Below, piece after piece: positions 1 to 12,509 of a DNA stretch of 40,137 bases. Made by a program: the position numbers and the translations under genes. Origin of the DNA: Octopus bimaculoides (lineage: Eukaryota); NCBI RefSeq assembly GCF_001194135.2, contig NC_069007.1, forward strand, positions 9,945,634-9,985,770, in the 5' to 3' direction. The notes under the pieces were generated by a model that saw only the letters and a list, made by a program, of their open reading frames with translations, made no database searches and was not told where the DNA came from. Position 1 is the stretch's first letter; each line of letters starts with the position of its first letter.

Positions 1-331
1 CAGTTTGTGACAGACCATGCCTGTCTTTAACTGGGCTCAAATCTCATTTGTGAACCCATGGAAAACGAACCTCCGCCAGCTATTCTGCCTGTATGTCTGT
101 ACACACCTTTGAATGCAGTGTATGCCAGAAGGTTTGCAAATCTAACAGAGGTCTCATTTTACGGTTCACAAAGATCAGAACTTATCTGCAGCTCTTGGTG
201 GTCCAAATCGAATGTGCAATCTATGTGGGTGTCTTTTCAGAACATTGTCTGGTGTAAATAGCCACATCAGATGCCATGATGGTTCTAAGGTGTAAAGGTA
301 CAGGAGGTGGTCAAACTCTGCATAAGGACTG
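1..331 (+). mobile_element. 3' end of RTE-like LINE: decayed ORF C-terminus with three tandem C2H2 zinc fingers, stop at 293-295, short 3' UTR, then (TA)n
   Basis: Manual translation from nt 3: VCDRPCLSLTGLKSHL*TH (TGA probably from CGA), then FECSVCQKVCKSNRG-(frameshift)-SHFTVH, then MCNLCGCLFRTLSGVNSHIRCHDGSKV*. The C-x2-C...C-x-S-x2-GL-x-SH-x-R-x-H pattern is the RTE ORF terminal finger type. There are no TGEKP linkers. Confidence 0.65.
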
Positions 332-339
332 GACAACTA

Positions 340-378
<39 letters not shown>

Positions 379-680
379 CCTTTTCTGCCACCCAATACAT
401 ATACGTGTTTGTGTATATATGTGCATGTATGTTTTTTGTATATGTATGCTTGTGTGTGTTTCTCCATATGTATATATGTGTATGTGTATGTACATGTGTA
501 TGTTTCTGTATATCTGTGTGTGTGTTTGTATATGTGTATGTGTGTGTTTGTCTATATGTATGCATGTGTGTGTATGTGTATGTTTGTCTATATGTTTACA
601 TGTGTGTCTGTGTGTGCGTGTGTTTGTATGTATACATGTGTGTCTGTGTGTGTTTGTATACATGAGTGTGTGTGTGTATA
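332..680. repeat. (TA)n / degenerate (TG)n,(TATG)n compound microsatellite
   Basis: Directly visible; source of several spurious IYIY/VCVC ORFs. Confidence 0.95.
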
Positions 681-685
681 CATAT

Positions 686-1026
686 TCTTTTATTCTTGTT
701 TCAGTCATTTGACTGTGCCCATGCTGGAGTACTGCCTTTAGTCAAGCAAATCAACCCCAGGACTTATTCTTTGTAAGCCTAATACTTATTCTATCGGTCT
801 CTTTTGTCAAACTGCTAAGTGATGGGGACGTAAACACACCAGCATCGGTTGTCAAACATATATATGATGAGCTTCTTTCAGTTTCTGTCTACCAAATCCA
901 CTCGCAAGGCTTTGGTTGGCCTGAGGCTATAGTAGAAGACACTTCCCCAAGGTGCTATGCAGTGGGACTGAACCCGGAACCTTGTGGTTGGTAAGCAAGC
1001 TACTTACCACACAGCCACTCCTGCGC
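686..1026 (-). mobile_element. SINE family A (tRNA-like head, internal microsatellite, tail ...AGTCAAATGACTGAAACAAG)
   Basis: Reverse complement matches copies at 10149-10580, 22085-22518 and 30897-31307; B-box-like GGTTCAGTCC in the head; internal deletion near 855. Confidence 0.9.
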
Positions 1027-1342
1027 TTATATGTTTCTGTTTATGTGTGTGTGTATGTATATTTGTGCAAAACAAAACATGCTTCAGTCTATACACCTTC
1101 TAATACCAAAACAGTAAAACATAGTCATGTGATCAATAAAGATCAATCAATAATCAATACAATATATTCCAGACTGAAAAATTGGGGTCGATATGATTGA
1201 TTAAACAAAAACCCTTAAAAGGAAATAATGCTCCAGTATGACCATGCTCTAATGACAGTAACCAAACCCAGTCAAAGAATAAGTGAAATAAGTGAAAATC
1301 CTTTTGTCCCTCTTTTCAGGAATTTCTTTTTACCAATTTTTA

Positions 1343-1343
1343 C

Positions 1344-1386
<43 letters not shown>

Positions 1387-1392
1387 GACATT
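1343..1392. repeat. (ATT)n microsatellite
   Basis: Directly visible. Confidence 0.95.
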
Positions 1393-2136
1393 ATTACTTC
1401 TGAAATATAACAGTCAGACAATGGATTTTTGTTTTGGTTGTGGTGGTCATGGTGGAGGAGGTTTTGTTTGTTAATTTTTTTTTTTTGGCTTTGGTTGTTT
1501 TGCCTGTTTTTTTTTGTTTTGTTTTTTTTGTTTTTTTAGATTATTTTATTTAATATTTATCTTGTAATTTCAAAAACACAAAATTCCAACCTCAAATGTT
1601 TCTTCCAATTCTAAGAGATTCTAAAAGTCAAAGGCATCTAAAATCAATTTTTAGTGGAGTGGCGGGGAGTGAATAATGATGATNNNNNNNNNNNNNNNNN
1701 NNNNNNNNNNNNNNNNNNNNNNNNNNNNNNNNNNNNNNNNNNNNNNNNNNNNNNNNNNNNNNNNNNNNNNNNNNNNNNNNNNNNNNNNNNNNNNNNNNNN
1801 NNNNNNNNNNNNNNNNNNNNNNNNNNNNNNNNNNNNNNNNNNNNNNNNNNNNNNNNNNNNNNNNNNNNNNNNNNNNNNNNNNNNNNNNNNNNNNNNNNNN
1901 NNNNNNNNNNNNNNNNNNNNNNNNNNNNNNNNNNNNNNNNNNNNNNNNNNNNNNNNNNNNNNNNNNNNNNNNNNNNNNNNNNNNNNNNNNNNNNNNNNNN
2001 NNNNNNNNNNNNNNNNNNNNNNNNNNNNNNNNNNNNNNNNNNNNNNNNNNNNNNNNNNNNNNNNNNNNNNATATATATATATACACACACACACATATAT
2101 GTGTATTCATATATATAAACTTTATGCATATATGTG

Positions 2137-2178
<42 letters not shown>

Positions 2179-2812
2179 TGTGTGTGTGTGTGTGCGTGCA
2201 TGTATGCAAATGCTTGTGTCTTCTCTTCTGCAAGACACCAATGTCTTTGATGTCCGTTGCTGGTAGAAAGATAAATGAGAATTACTCGGCTTTGAAAAAT
2301 GACATTAGCCTCTGCATAATATAATATGATACAAAGATCTGAGATTTGCAAGAATAATTCTGTTGTGTAATATTTAGGTGTTTTCTAGCAACTACAAATT
2401 CTACTTCATTTTTATTTTATTTCATTATATCATATTTATTTTTGTATGCTTTCAGTGTTCTGTATGTATTGGAAAAGTGCCGCCATAAACATGTTATTTT
2501 TAACCCCTCCCCTTAAAAACACGGCATGTATGTATGTATGTATGTATGTATGTGTATATGTTTGTATGTATGTATATATGTTTGTATGCATGCATGCTTG
2601 TATGTAGGGATTTTGTAGTTGAAACTGGTCATCAAACAATCAATGTTTTATTTATCTCATGTAGATGCAGTTGTGTTTTGAAGGTTAGTAACTTTGCTTT
2701 GCAACCATGGAGTGGCGAGTTCGATCCCCACCAAATTTTATGTTGAGCAAAATCTTATGAGAGGAATTCAAATGTCAGAAACTGTGTAGAAACTCATCTG
2801 TGTATGAGTGTA

Positions 2813-2879
<67 letters not shown>

Positions 2880-2991
2880 NNNNNNNNNNNNNNNNNNNNN
2901 NNNNNNNNNNNNNNNNNNNNNNNNNNNNNNNNNNNNNNNNNNNNNNNNNNNNNNNNNNNNNNNNNNNNNNNNNNNNNNNNNNNNNNNNNNN

Positions 2992-3700
2992 CTTAGCTCT
3001 CTCCTGTCTTTTAGTCTTTTCAAAGTCTCTCTTTTGCATTTATGGCTCTCTCTGCATCACTGTTCCGTCATTGCATCTCATTCAATCTGGATGGAACCTT
3101 GAATCAGCCATAGACTGGCTCTTAATCCCTCACCATGTTCTCCCACAGGAAATTCCAATTATCTCCTCTATGCAATAAGTCTCTTATTCCTCCTCTCTAT
3201 CATCAAATACATCAATTAAAACTTCTCTAAATTTCTGATTGTTTGCTAGATTTTTATCTCATTAGCATTCAAATTCCTTTCTCAAATGTAATTCTTATTT
3301 ATTCCCATTGTTTGGAACTAATCTGACATTGTCTCATAGCTTTGAGAGTTCTCTTCCACCTCCTTTCTTTCAACCATTCCAAGACTGTCTCTCTTGCATT
3401 TATGGTTCTGTCTGTCTCACTGTTCCATCATTGCGTCTCCTTCAATCAGGCTGGAACCTTGTACCAGTCACAGACTAGCTCCATAGCTCTCAGCAAGTCA
3501 TCTCATAGGAACTTCCAGTTGTCTTCTCTGCTGTTACTCTCTAACTCCTCCCTCTCTATCATCAAATACATCCATGAGTACTTCTCTAAATTTCTGACTC
3601 GTTGCTGGATTTTTAACCCCTTAGCATTCAGATTATTCTATCAAATGTAATGCTTATTTATTCACATTGTTATCAATTAATGATGCATTATCTTCCTTTG
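2992..3700. repeat. Diverged tandem duplication, period 360 bp
   Basis: TTGCATTTATGG at 3034 and 3394; CTCTCTATCATCAAATACATC and ACTTCTCTAAATTTCTGA also recur at about the same offset. Confidence 0.85.
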
Positions 3701-4189
3701 AGATCTTTACGATGTGACTGCTATATTTAGAACAGGGTTTCTCAACCATTTTTTATCTATGGGCCCCTTTGATTACTATTTTATTCTGGTGGACCCCTCA
3801 TAGCCATTCAATGTTTATAAACTAGTTTTATAGACCCTTCTTTCAAGCTTCCTGTTTTGTCCTTCTCACATTAACTTGTGTAGGTTGAACAATGTAAAAT
3901 GTTAGAGAAGGACCCTAGCTGTTTCTTGTAATACATACTAATACTTACATCTAGAGCAAAGTTTTTTCAGGGGCCCTTAAGATACTATTGTAGGGCCCCA
4001 ATTTACTATTTTGTTGCATGGTCTCCCAAAAAATCTTATATGGACCCTCAGGAACCATGTGACCCCGGTTAGAAACAACTGATTTAGAAGGACATTGTAG
4101 GGTAGGTGTGAGAGGTTGCATCTGACTGGTTTGAACATAAAACAGGGAGAATATTTAGACCGGATACAGCTAGTTTGAATGCTAAAGGG
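3617..4189. mobile_element. piggyBac-like MITE (TTAA|CCCCTTAGCATT...AATGCTAAAGGG|TTAG), interrupted by a hAT MITE
   Basis: Terminal inverted repeats with TTAA flank at 3613-3616 (right flank degenerate); related left half recurs at ~13590-13715. Confidence 0.75.
3733..4081. mobile_element. hAT-type MITE with perfect 8-bp TSD ATTTAGAA
   Basis: TSD at 3725-3732 and 4082-4089; imperfect TIRs CAGGGTTTCTCAACC / GGTTAGAAACAACTG; an 8-bp TSD with CAG termini is hAT-typical. Confidence 0.85.
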
Positions 4190-4244
4190 TTAGACATCTC
4201 TTTAGAAAAAAGAAAACTCTGATATGATACCTGTGATTTCATAT

Positions 4245-4712
4245 GGCACCTGTACAAGTAAATCACTAAGAGCACCATCCGAGCATGATCGTTGTCAGAG
4301 CACCAGCTGTCTGGCACCCATGCCAGTGGCACATAAATAGCACTATTTTGAGCGCGGCCGTTACCAACGTCGCCTTCCTGGCATTTGTGCCAGTGGCATG
4401 TGAAAAGACATTCGAGCAAGGTCGTTGCCAGTGCCGCTGGACTGGCTCCTGTGCAGGTGGCACATAAAATACACCATTTCGAGCATGGCCGTTGCCAGTA
4501 CCTCCTGACTGGCCTTCGTGCCAGTGGCACGTAAAAGCACCCACTACACTCTCAGAGTGGTTGGCGTTAGGAAGGGCATCCAGCTGTAGAAACTCTGCCA
4601 GATCAGATTGGAGCCTGGTGTAACCATCTGGTTCACCAGTCCTCAGTCAAATCGTCCAACCCATGCCAGCATGGAAAGCAGACATTAAACGATGATGATG
4701 ATGATGATGATG
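4245..4712 (+). mobile_element. SINE family C: four internal 64-69-bp units plus RTE-like 3' tail ending (GAT)n
   Basis: Units start CGAGC/TGAGC at 4280, 4349, 4413 and 4480; tail GGAAGGGCATCCAGCTGTAGAAAC...CCAACCCATGCCAGCATGGAAA...(GAT)n recurs elsewhere in the window. Confidence 0.85.
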
Positions 4713-4768
4713 GAGTAGACTAGTTCTCCCATTTGGACAAATGTGCAAGGCTTTTCCCCCCACTTTAA

Positions 4769-4876
4769 CATTTAGCACATTGCATTTCCTCTAGAATTGG
4801 TTTCCTTGCCACTACCCTGTTACTGCAGGGGAGAAAACTCATATGGTGAAACATTGCACCAACAGTGTGCTAAAGG
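4769..4876. mobile_element. 108-bp piggyBac-like MITE
   Basis: TTAA at 4765-4768 and 4877-4880; ends TTAACATTTAGCACATTG vs reverse complement TTAACCTTTAGCACACTG (16/18). Confidence 0.75.
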
Positions 4877-5697
4877 TTAAAAAGTTTTAGATACAGGCAT
4901 TGCTTCATTCTTAATAACTCTATTAATAATTCTCTCATGTATTAGCATGGATAGTAAGTCCTCTGAACACTTGTTGCAAAAGGCATCGATTGTTGCTCTA
5001 TCTGTGCAAAAAAGTGTAGGCTTTCTAGCAGAACTGAAAAGTTACATCCATGCTGCTCATGTTTAAGAGAACAATAAAGTGAGGGCATTGTTCAAAATCA
5101 AGTTGCAGCTATCATGCGCACACAAATACACACACACACACATATAAACATTATTGGTCATGCATACATAATGCAAGTGTTTTGTTTATATGACCATTTA
5201 TTGTGGGATAGCATCCTGGGAAAAATCCCTACATGATTCAGAATGTTAAAGAANNNNNNNNNNNNNNNNNNNNNNNNNNNNNNNNNNNNNNNNNNNNNNN
5301 NNNNNNNNNNNNNNNNNNNNNNNNNNNNNNNNNNNNNNNNNNNNNNNNNNNNNNNNNNNNNNNNNNNNNNNNNNNNNNNNNNNNNNNNNNNNNNNNNNNN
5401 NNNNNNNNNNNNNNNNNNNNNNNNNNNNNNNNNNNNNNNNNNNNNNNNNNNNNNNNNNNNNNNNNNNNNNNNNNNNNNNNNNNNNNNNNNNNNNNNNNNN
5501 NNNNNNNNNNNNNNNNNNNNNNNNNNNNNNNNNNNNNNNNNNNNNNNNNNNNNNNNNNNNNNNNNNNNNNNNNNNNNNNNNNNNNNNNNNNNNNNNNNNN
5601 NNNNNNNNNNNNNNNNNNNNNNNNNNNNNNNNNNNNNNNNNNNNNNNNNNNNNNNNNNNNNNNNNNNNNNNNNNNNNNNNNNNNNNNGTGTCTGTGA

Positions 5698-5736
<39 letters not shown>

Positions 5737-5738
<2 letters not shown>

Positions 5739-6235
5739 GGCAGAATTAAGGCGGCGTGCCAGCAAAATGTTTAGCGGCATTTCGCCCATCTTCACATTCT
5801 GAGTTCAAATTCCGCCGAGATTGACTTTGCCTTTCATCCTTCCAGGGTCGATAAATTAAGTACCAGTTGCATACTGGGGTTGATATAATCAACTTACCCA
5901 TCCCCCTAAATTGCTGTCCTTGTAGCAAAATCTTAAACCATTATTATTATTATTAAGGCAGTGAGTTGGCAGAACCATTAGCATGCCAGGTAAAATGCTT
6001 AGTGGTATTTCGTTCTGAGTTCAAATTCCGCCAAGTTTGACTTTGCTTTTCCTCCTTTCAGGGTCAATAAAATAAGTACCAGTTGAATACTGGGGTCAAT
6101 GCAATCGACTATCCCCTTCCCCCAAATTTCAGGTCTTGTGCCTATAGTAGAAAGGATTATCATTATTACTATTGTTGTTGTTGTTGTTATTATTATTATA
6201 GTTATTAGTTATTATTATTATTATTATTATTATTA

Positions 6236-6293
<58 letters not shown>

Positions 6294-6745
6294 GGCAGTT
6301 AACTGGCAGAATCGTTTGCAAGCAAAGCAAAATTTCGTGCGTCTTTACATTCTGAATTCAAAATCTGCTGAGGTTAACTTTACCTTCCATCCTTTCAGGG
6401 ACAAGAAAATAAGTACCAGTTATGCACTGGTGCCAATATAATCGACTTACCCCTCCCCCAAAATTGCTGGCCATGTGCCAGAATTTGAAATCATTATTGT
6501 TTTTGTTGTTGTTATTATCATTAAGGCGGTGAGCAGGCAGGATCATTGGCATGCTGGACAAAATGGTTAGCAGTATTTCACCAGTCACTGTTCTGAGTTC
6601 AAATTCTGCCGAGGTCGACTTTGCCTTTCATCCTTTCAGATTCAATAAATTAAGTACCAGTGAAACACTGGGGTTGGTGTAATCGACTAGTCCCCCTTCC
6701 ACCGAATTTCAGGCCTCTGTGCCTTATTGTAGAAAGGATTATTAT
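5737..6745 (+). mobile_element. Train of four head-to-tail SINE family B copies separated by (ATT)n
   Basis: Heads AAGGC at ~5737, 5955, 6292 and 6523; each has B-box GAGTTCAAATTC and core GACTTTGCCTTTCATCCTTTC...AAGTACCAG. Confidence 0.9.
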
Positions 6746-7389
6746 TATTATTATTATCATATATTTATTTATTGATCAGGACACTGTTGTCTTCTTCACC
6801 ATCAATATCTGTTTATATTGGGGAGATTTTCATCGTCATGGTAACAGTTTCTTGTTTTACTAACACATATGCACGTACACACACGTGCATGCCAACACAC
6901 ATACACAAACACAAATGCTAGCACACACACACACTGTACACATACATCAATGCACACATACCTACACAAAACACATCAATACACACACAAACACACACAC
7001 GCACACACAGGTTAAAACAGCTCCCTCCCCCTTCCATCACACATGATTTTGGGAGTTTTTTTTCCCCTTTTATGGTTGCATTTTTGGGACTGTTTTTCCC
7101 TTTTTTTTTCCCCCAAAGAAAGAATCTTTTCATTGATTCGTTTTGTGATGTTTTATCATTTAAATATNNNNNNNNNNNNNNNNNNNNNNNNNNNNNNNNN
7201 NNNNNNNNNNNNNNNNNNNNNNNNNNNNNNNNNNNNNNNNNNNNNNNNNNNNNNNNNNNNNNNNNNNNNNNNNNNNNNNNNNNNNNNNNNNNNNNNNNNN
7301 NNNNNNNNNNNNNNNNNNNNNNNNNNNNNNNNNNNNNNNNNNNNNNNNNNNNNNNNNNNNNNNNNNNNNNNNNNNNNNNNNNNNNNNNG

Positions 7390-7680
7390 GCAATAGCAGA
7401 GGTAGTTTTGCTAGTGTTGATGGTGGTGGTGGTTGTGTTGGTGTTAGTTGCAGTGGTGGTAGTAGTAATGTTTTGGTGGTGGTGGTGATGGTGTTGGTGT
7501 TAGTTGTGGTGGCAGTGGTGGTAGTAGAAGTAGTGGTGGAGGTGGCGTTGGTGGTAGTGGTGGTGATGGAGATCATGATGATGGGAGTAGAGTTGTTTGT
7601 GGTGGTGGTCATTGTCGTTGTCATTGTGTTGCCAGCAGTGGCATCGGCAGTGCTGGTGGTCATGGTGGTATTGGCTGTGG
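7390..7680. repeat. Degenerate (GTG/GTA)n trinucleotide tract
   Basis: Directly visible. Confidence 0.9.
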
Positions 7681-8729
7681 TATATTCTTCAGTCAAACCA
7701 AGGGAAAAACCATGTTCCCCATTAGCTTTCCAAAATTCCTGACACTGCCACCACCAACTGACAACTGTTGTTAGTGTGTTAACGTTTTCCAACTTAGCAG
7801 TTTAGCAAAAGAGGATTGATAGAATAAGTATCAGACTTTTCAAACAATAAGTTCAAGGGTCAAATCATTTGACTAAAATTCTAAAACATCACCATTTTTC
7901 TGGTGACAAGGTAGGATTGGAACTTAAATTGCAACCAGATTTTTCTGCTCTGTAAGGATTTTATCCTGTATATGCTGTTCTCTATCAGTCCTTATGTGTG
8001 GAAAAAATATATCCTTCAGCTTGTACTACAATACATTTCAGCGCTTCAAAAACAAACCTATGTTTGTTTACATATGATGTAGTATGTATATTCATTTGAA
8101 TATCAAGCCTAACTGTGTTTGTCTCCATTGCTACCTCTGTATCAGCTCACTCTGGATTTTCTCTTATAGCCACTCTTAACAGTTCAGGCCTTGCCCTGGA
8201 TGAACAGTTCAGAGCTTTAGTTCAAATTCATTTGAGAACTACCATATCTACCTCCAACCTACTGTCTATATGTGTGTGCATGTATGTGTTGGTTTGTTTG
8301 TGCAAATACACATTTACTTACAAGCACACATATATATATATATACATATATGTATATACATATGTGTGTGTATACATACATGCATATGACAATGATGATG
8401 CACATACATACACATAATATATCTGCACAGATTATCATTTAATGTCCAGGTTGGCATGTGTGTGTGTGTGTGTGCACCTGAAAATATATAATATATATAT
8501 ATATGTGTGTGTGTGTGTGTATGCATATATATATAGATATATATATATTATATACACACTCACACAACACAGCACACTCAATCACACTGGAAATCTAATG
8601 GATTTATTATTCATTTGTGAATGAGAGACATAGATAAAAGCAAAAAGAAATATTTTTAAGGATGGAAGAAATCTGATTTGAAAGAGAGAAAGAGAAAGAA
8701 AGGTATGTATATTTATATAAAGGCATTTG

Positions 8730-8784
<55 letters not shown>

Positions 8785-8953
8785 AGAAAAGCAAACAGAC
8801 AGAAAAGGTGGAGAGAGAGAGAGGAAGATAGCAAGAGAGAGAAACAAATATAGAGAGAAAAATATCTAGTGAGGGGGATAAGGAAAAAGAGATATAGAGA
8901 GAGACAGAAACAATATATATAGAAAGAGGGAAAGAATGACATGTGTGTGTAAG

Positions 8954-9019
<66 letters not shown>

Positions 9020-9683
9020 CACACACACATATATATATGTATGTATATTTATGTGTGTGTGTGTGTGTGTATAAAAGCGAAAGAGAAATTGTCCTCTGTT
9101 ATCAGCCTGAAATATAATGTTTATATTTATATTTATATTCGCTGTTTTATGAATTATTTATTTATTTATGTAACTATTTTATTGTTGACAGAACACAACA
9201 ACAACAAACAAACAGCAACAATAAGACATCAAACACACTTGTTTCTCATTTTTATAACTATTGATTCCCAAAGACATTTTAGGTCAGAATTTTTGTAATG
9301 AGCTGGACTGAATGACCCTAATATGTTTATGTGGCTAGTCCTGCCCCAGATCAGCAATGATTGAGCTGACTTGTGAATTAAAGGCGTTCCAACCATGACT
9401 ATCCTGTTAGTTTGATGTTTGTCTAAGGAAATATATGATGTGTCCTGTGTATTTGAAAGACAGCAATGTGCAATTTGGGGTAGATTTGGCTGCCGTTTTT
9501 AGCAGGTTGAACATCATTCTTGCTGTTGTGCTGTAGGTTGACTCTCATCAAACACACTTCAAATCAAAGACGCTCCGTCCATGACCATCTTGCCTATTTG
9601 CGTATTATCAAGGACTTCAATAACCAAAGGTGTCCTTTATATTTCTTCTTCAAGATGGCAATGTGAGTTGAAGGAAATTATCT

Positions 9684-9932
9684 GTGAAGGCACATGGCTT
9701 TCTGATTAGGGTATTTAACTCCATGATCATAAGCCTGTGAGTTCGATTCCCAGCAGTGTGTTGTGTCCTTGAGCAAGACACTTTATTTTATGTTGTTCCA
9801 GTCCACACAGTTTGTGAAAATGGGTAGTACTTGTAATTCAAAGGGGCCAGACTTGTCACACTCTGTGTCACACTGAATCTCCCTGAGAACTACATTGAAG
9901 GTATGCATGTCTGTGGAGTACTCAGCCACTTT
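9684..9932 (+). mobile_element. SINE family D (tRNA head, core GTGTCCTTGAGCAAGACACTT)
   Basis: B-box GAGTTCGATTCCC; body shared with minus-strand copies at 20776-21103, 30345-30657 and 31918-32133. Confidence 0.8.
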
Positions 9933-10148
9933 CCTTGACAACTGGTGTTGGTGTGTTTATGTCCCCGTAACTTAGCAGCTCAGCAAAAAAACCAATAGAA
10001 TAAGTAGCTGGCTTTAAAAAATAAGAAGAACTGGGATCAATCCATTTGTCTATAAACCCTTCAAGGCGATGCCCCAGCATGGCCAAAGTCTAATGACTGA
10101 AGCAAGCGTAAAAATGAAAATAAAGATAGAAGATATATATACATATAG

Positions 10149-10309
10149 ATGCAGGCATGGCTGTGTGGTAAGAAGCTTACTTCCCAACCACATGGTTCTG
10201 GGTTCAGTCCCACTGCGTGGCACCTTGGGCAAATGTCTTCTACTATTACCTCAGGCCAACCAAAGCCATGTGTGTGGATTTGGTAAACGGAAAGTGAAAG
10301 AAGCCTGTC

Positions 10310-10356
<47 letters not shown>

Positions 10357-10580
10357 TGTGTGTGTGAGAGAGAGTGTGTGTATGTTTGTGTGTCTGTGTT
10401 TGTTCCCCCACCATCGCTTGACAACCAATGTTGGTGTGTTTGTGTCCCCGTAACTTCGCGGTTCAGCAAAACAGTACTAGGGTTGCAAAGAATAATCCCT
10501 TGGGTCGATTTCTTTGAGTAAAGGTGTTGCTCCAGCATGGTCGCAGTCAAACAACTGAAACAAATAAAAAAAATAAAAGA
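10149..10580 (+). mobile_element. SINE family A, near full length
   Basis: Colinear with the copy at 22085-22518; internal (TG)n. Confidence 0.9.
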
Positions 10581-10611
10581 ATACATACAACAGGATTCTC
10601 TTCAGTTTCCT

Positions 10612-10809
10612 ATTTCTTTATTGCCCACAAGGGGCTAAACATAGAGGGGACAAACAAGGACAAACAAAGGGATTAAGTCGATTACATCAACACCAGTGTG
10701 TAACTGGTACTTAATTTATTGACCCCGAAAGGATGAAAGGCAAAGTCGACCTTGGCAGAATTTGAACTCAGAACGTAACGTGCTAACGTTTCTGCCTGCT
10801 TGTCGCCTT
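10612..10809 (-). mobile_element. SINE family B inserted into a minus-strand family A fragment (10590-10980)
   Basis: Flanking direct repeat ATTCTCTTCAGTTTCC (10595-10610) / ATTCTCTTTAATTTCC (10811-10826), 14/16. Confidence 0.8.
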
Positions 10810-12132
10810 TATTCTCTTTAATTTCCATCAACCAAATCTATTCACAGTGCTTTGATCAGCTCAATGCTATAATAGAAGACACCTGCCCCAGACGTGCCAT
10901 GTAATGTGCTACGGAATTGAACCCAAAACCAAGAGATTGCAGAACTAACTTCTTAACCACACAGCCAAGCTTGTACCTATACAGAGATTAACAGAATGCT
11001 GTCTTAAGCGCCAAAGAAACCAACCAAACTACACTTAATTCTTTTATAGAATAATTTCATTCAGCAATATTGCCAATATATTGATCTGGTCCATATTGAT
11101 TTCTTTGGTCCAGTATCAAAGTGTTGCAGCACACCAGCCATAATTGTTCCATATCGTTATTTCAGACATTGTGTATCTAGGATTACATTATCCAATGTGT
11201 TGCTCTCTCTCTCTCTCTTTCTCTCTCCCTTTTTTGTTATTGCATCAGGTCATTCTGATATAGCAAACACTTATGGACACAAACACTCCAGTTGTGACCA
11301 TCCATCATTTTTTCAGCCATAGTGTATCTAGGACTACATCATATAATGTTTCACTCTTGTTATTTAGCAATTTAGTACCAGGTCATCCTTGGTACAGCAG
11401 ACCCTCAGTCAAAGGCACTCCAGTTCTGACAATCCATCTTGATTTGAGATACAGTATATCTAGAACTACATTTTCTAATGTGTCAGTTTCTTAAGTGCCA
11501 GGTCATCCCTGATCTAGCAGGCTTATAAGCAAAGGCACTCCAGATGTGACCATCCATCACATTTATTCAGCCACAGTGTACCTAGGACTACATCACCTAA
11601 TGTTTCACAATATTTTGTCATCTAGCACCAGACCAGTCTTGATTCAGTCAAGCTGTGACCAAAAGCACTCCTGATGTGACTAACCATCCATTTTTTTCAG
11701 ACATAGCATATCTAGGACTACACTTTCTAAAGTGCCACTGTTGTTTTTGTTTGATCCAGCAGATCTATGATCAAAAGGCACTCCTGATGTGACCATCCAT
11801 CCTTTTTTTTTTACAGAGACAGTGTACCTAGGACTACATTATCAAATCTGTCACAGTTATTATTGCTTGGTCTAGCAAATCTACGATTAAAGGCATTCAT
11901 TCCTTCCATGACATCTTATTTTAGACACAGTGTATCTAGAACTACATCATCTAATGTATACCTGTTCCTTATTCATTAATGGCTGGTCATGCTTGATGCA
12001 AGACACTCCAGCCGTGACCTTCCATCATATTTTAGACACAATGCATCTAGGACCACATTATTTTATCACTAATTTCTTTTTCTTTACATTATTTATATTT
12101 GACGGATATTTGTCCTCATCTTGTTTGTTGTT

Positions 12133-12178
12133 AACACAACGTTTCGGCTGATATACCCTCCAGCCTTCATCAGGTATC
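12133..12178 (-). ncRNA. Minimal type I hammerhead ribozyme motif (Penelope-type, palindromic stem III)
   Basis: Minus strand: GATAC-CTGATGA-A-GGCTG(GAGGGTATAT)CAGCC-GAAA-CGT-T-GTGTT. Confidence 0.8.
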
Positions 12179-12366
12179 TTGGGGAAATTATGAACCTGGG
12201 TTCTCATTCCTAAGTTATTTTTTTTATGTTGTTATTATTATTATTAAGGTCACTGCCTGGAATCGAACTTGGAATCTTGGGGTTAGTAGCCCACGCTCTT
12301 AGCCACTACACCATATGCCCTTGGGGTTAGTAGCCTGTGTTCTTAACCACTATGCCATATGCCCGT

Positions 12367-12440
12367 GGGCATATGGCGTAGTGATTAAGAGCACGGGCTA
12401 CTAACCCCAAGATTCCGAGTTCGATTCCAGGCAGTGACCT
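12367..12440 (+). promoter_or_regulatory. tRNA-derived Pol III internal promoter (SINE head)
   Basis: A-box-like TGGCGTAGTGA at 12374-12384, B-box GAGTTCGATTCC at 12417-12428; mirrored on the minus strand in the left arm. Confidence 0.75.
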
Positions 12441-12509
12441 TAATAGAAATAATAATAACATCAAAAAAAATACCTTAGGAATGAGAACCCAGGTTCAAAA
12501 TATCCCCAA

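Noticed and set aside
12367-12440. Possible real tRNA gene
   Set aside because: No acceptor-stem closure; it continues into a SINE body and recurs at 31779.
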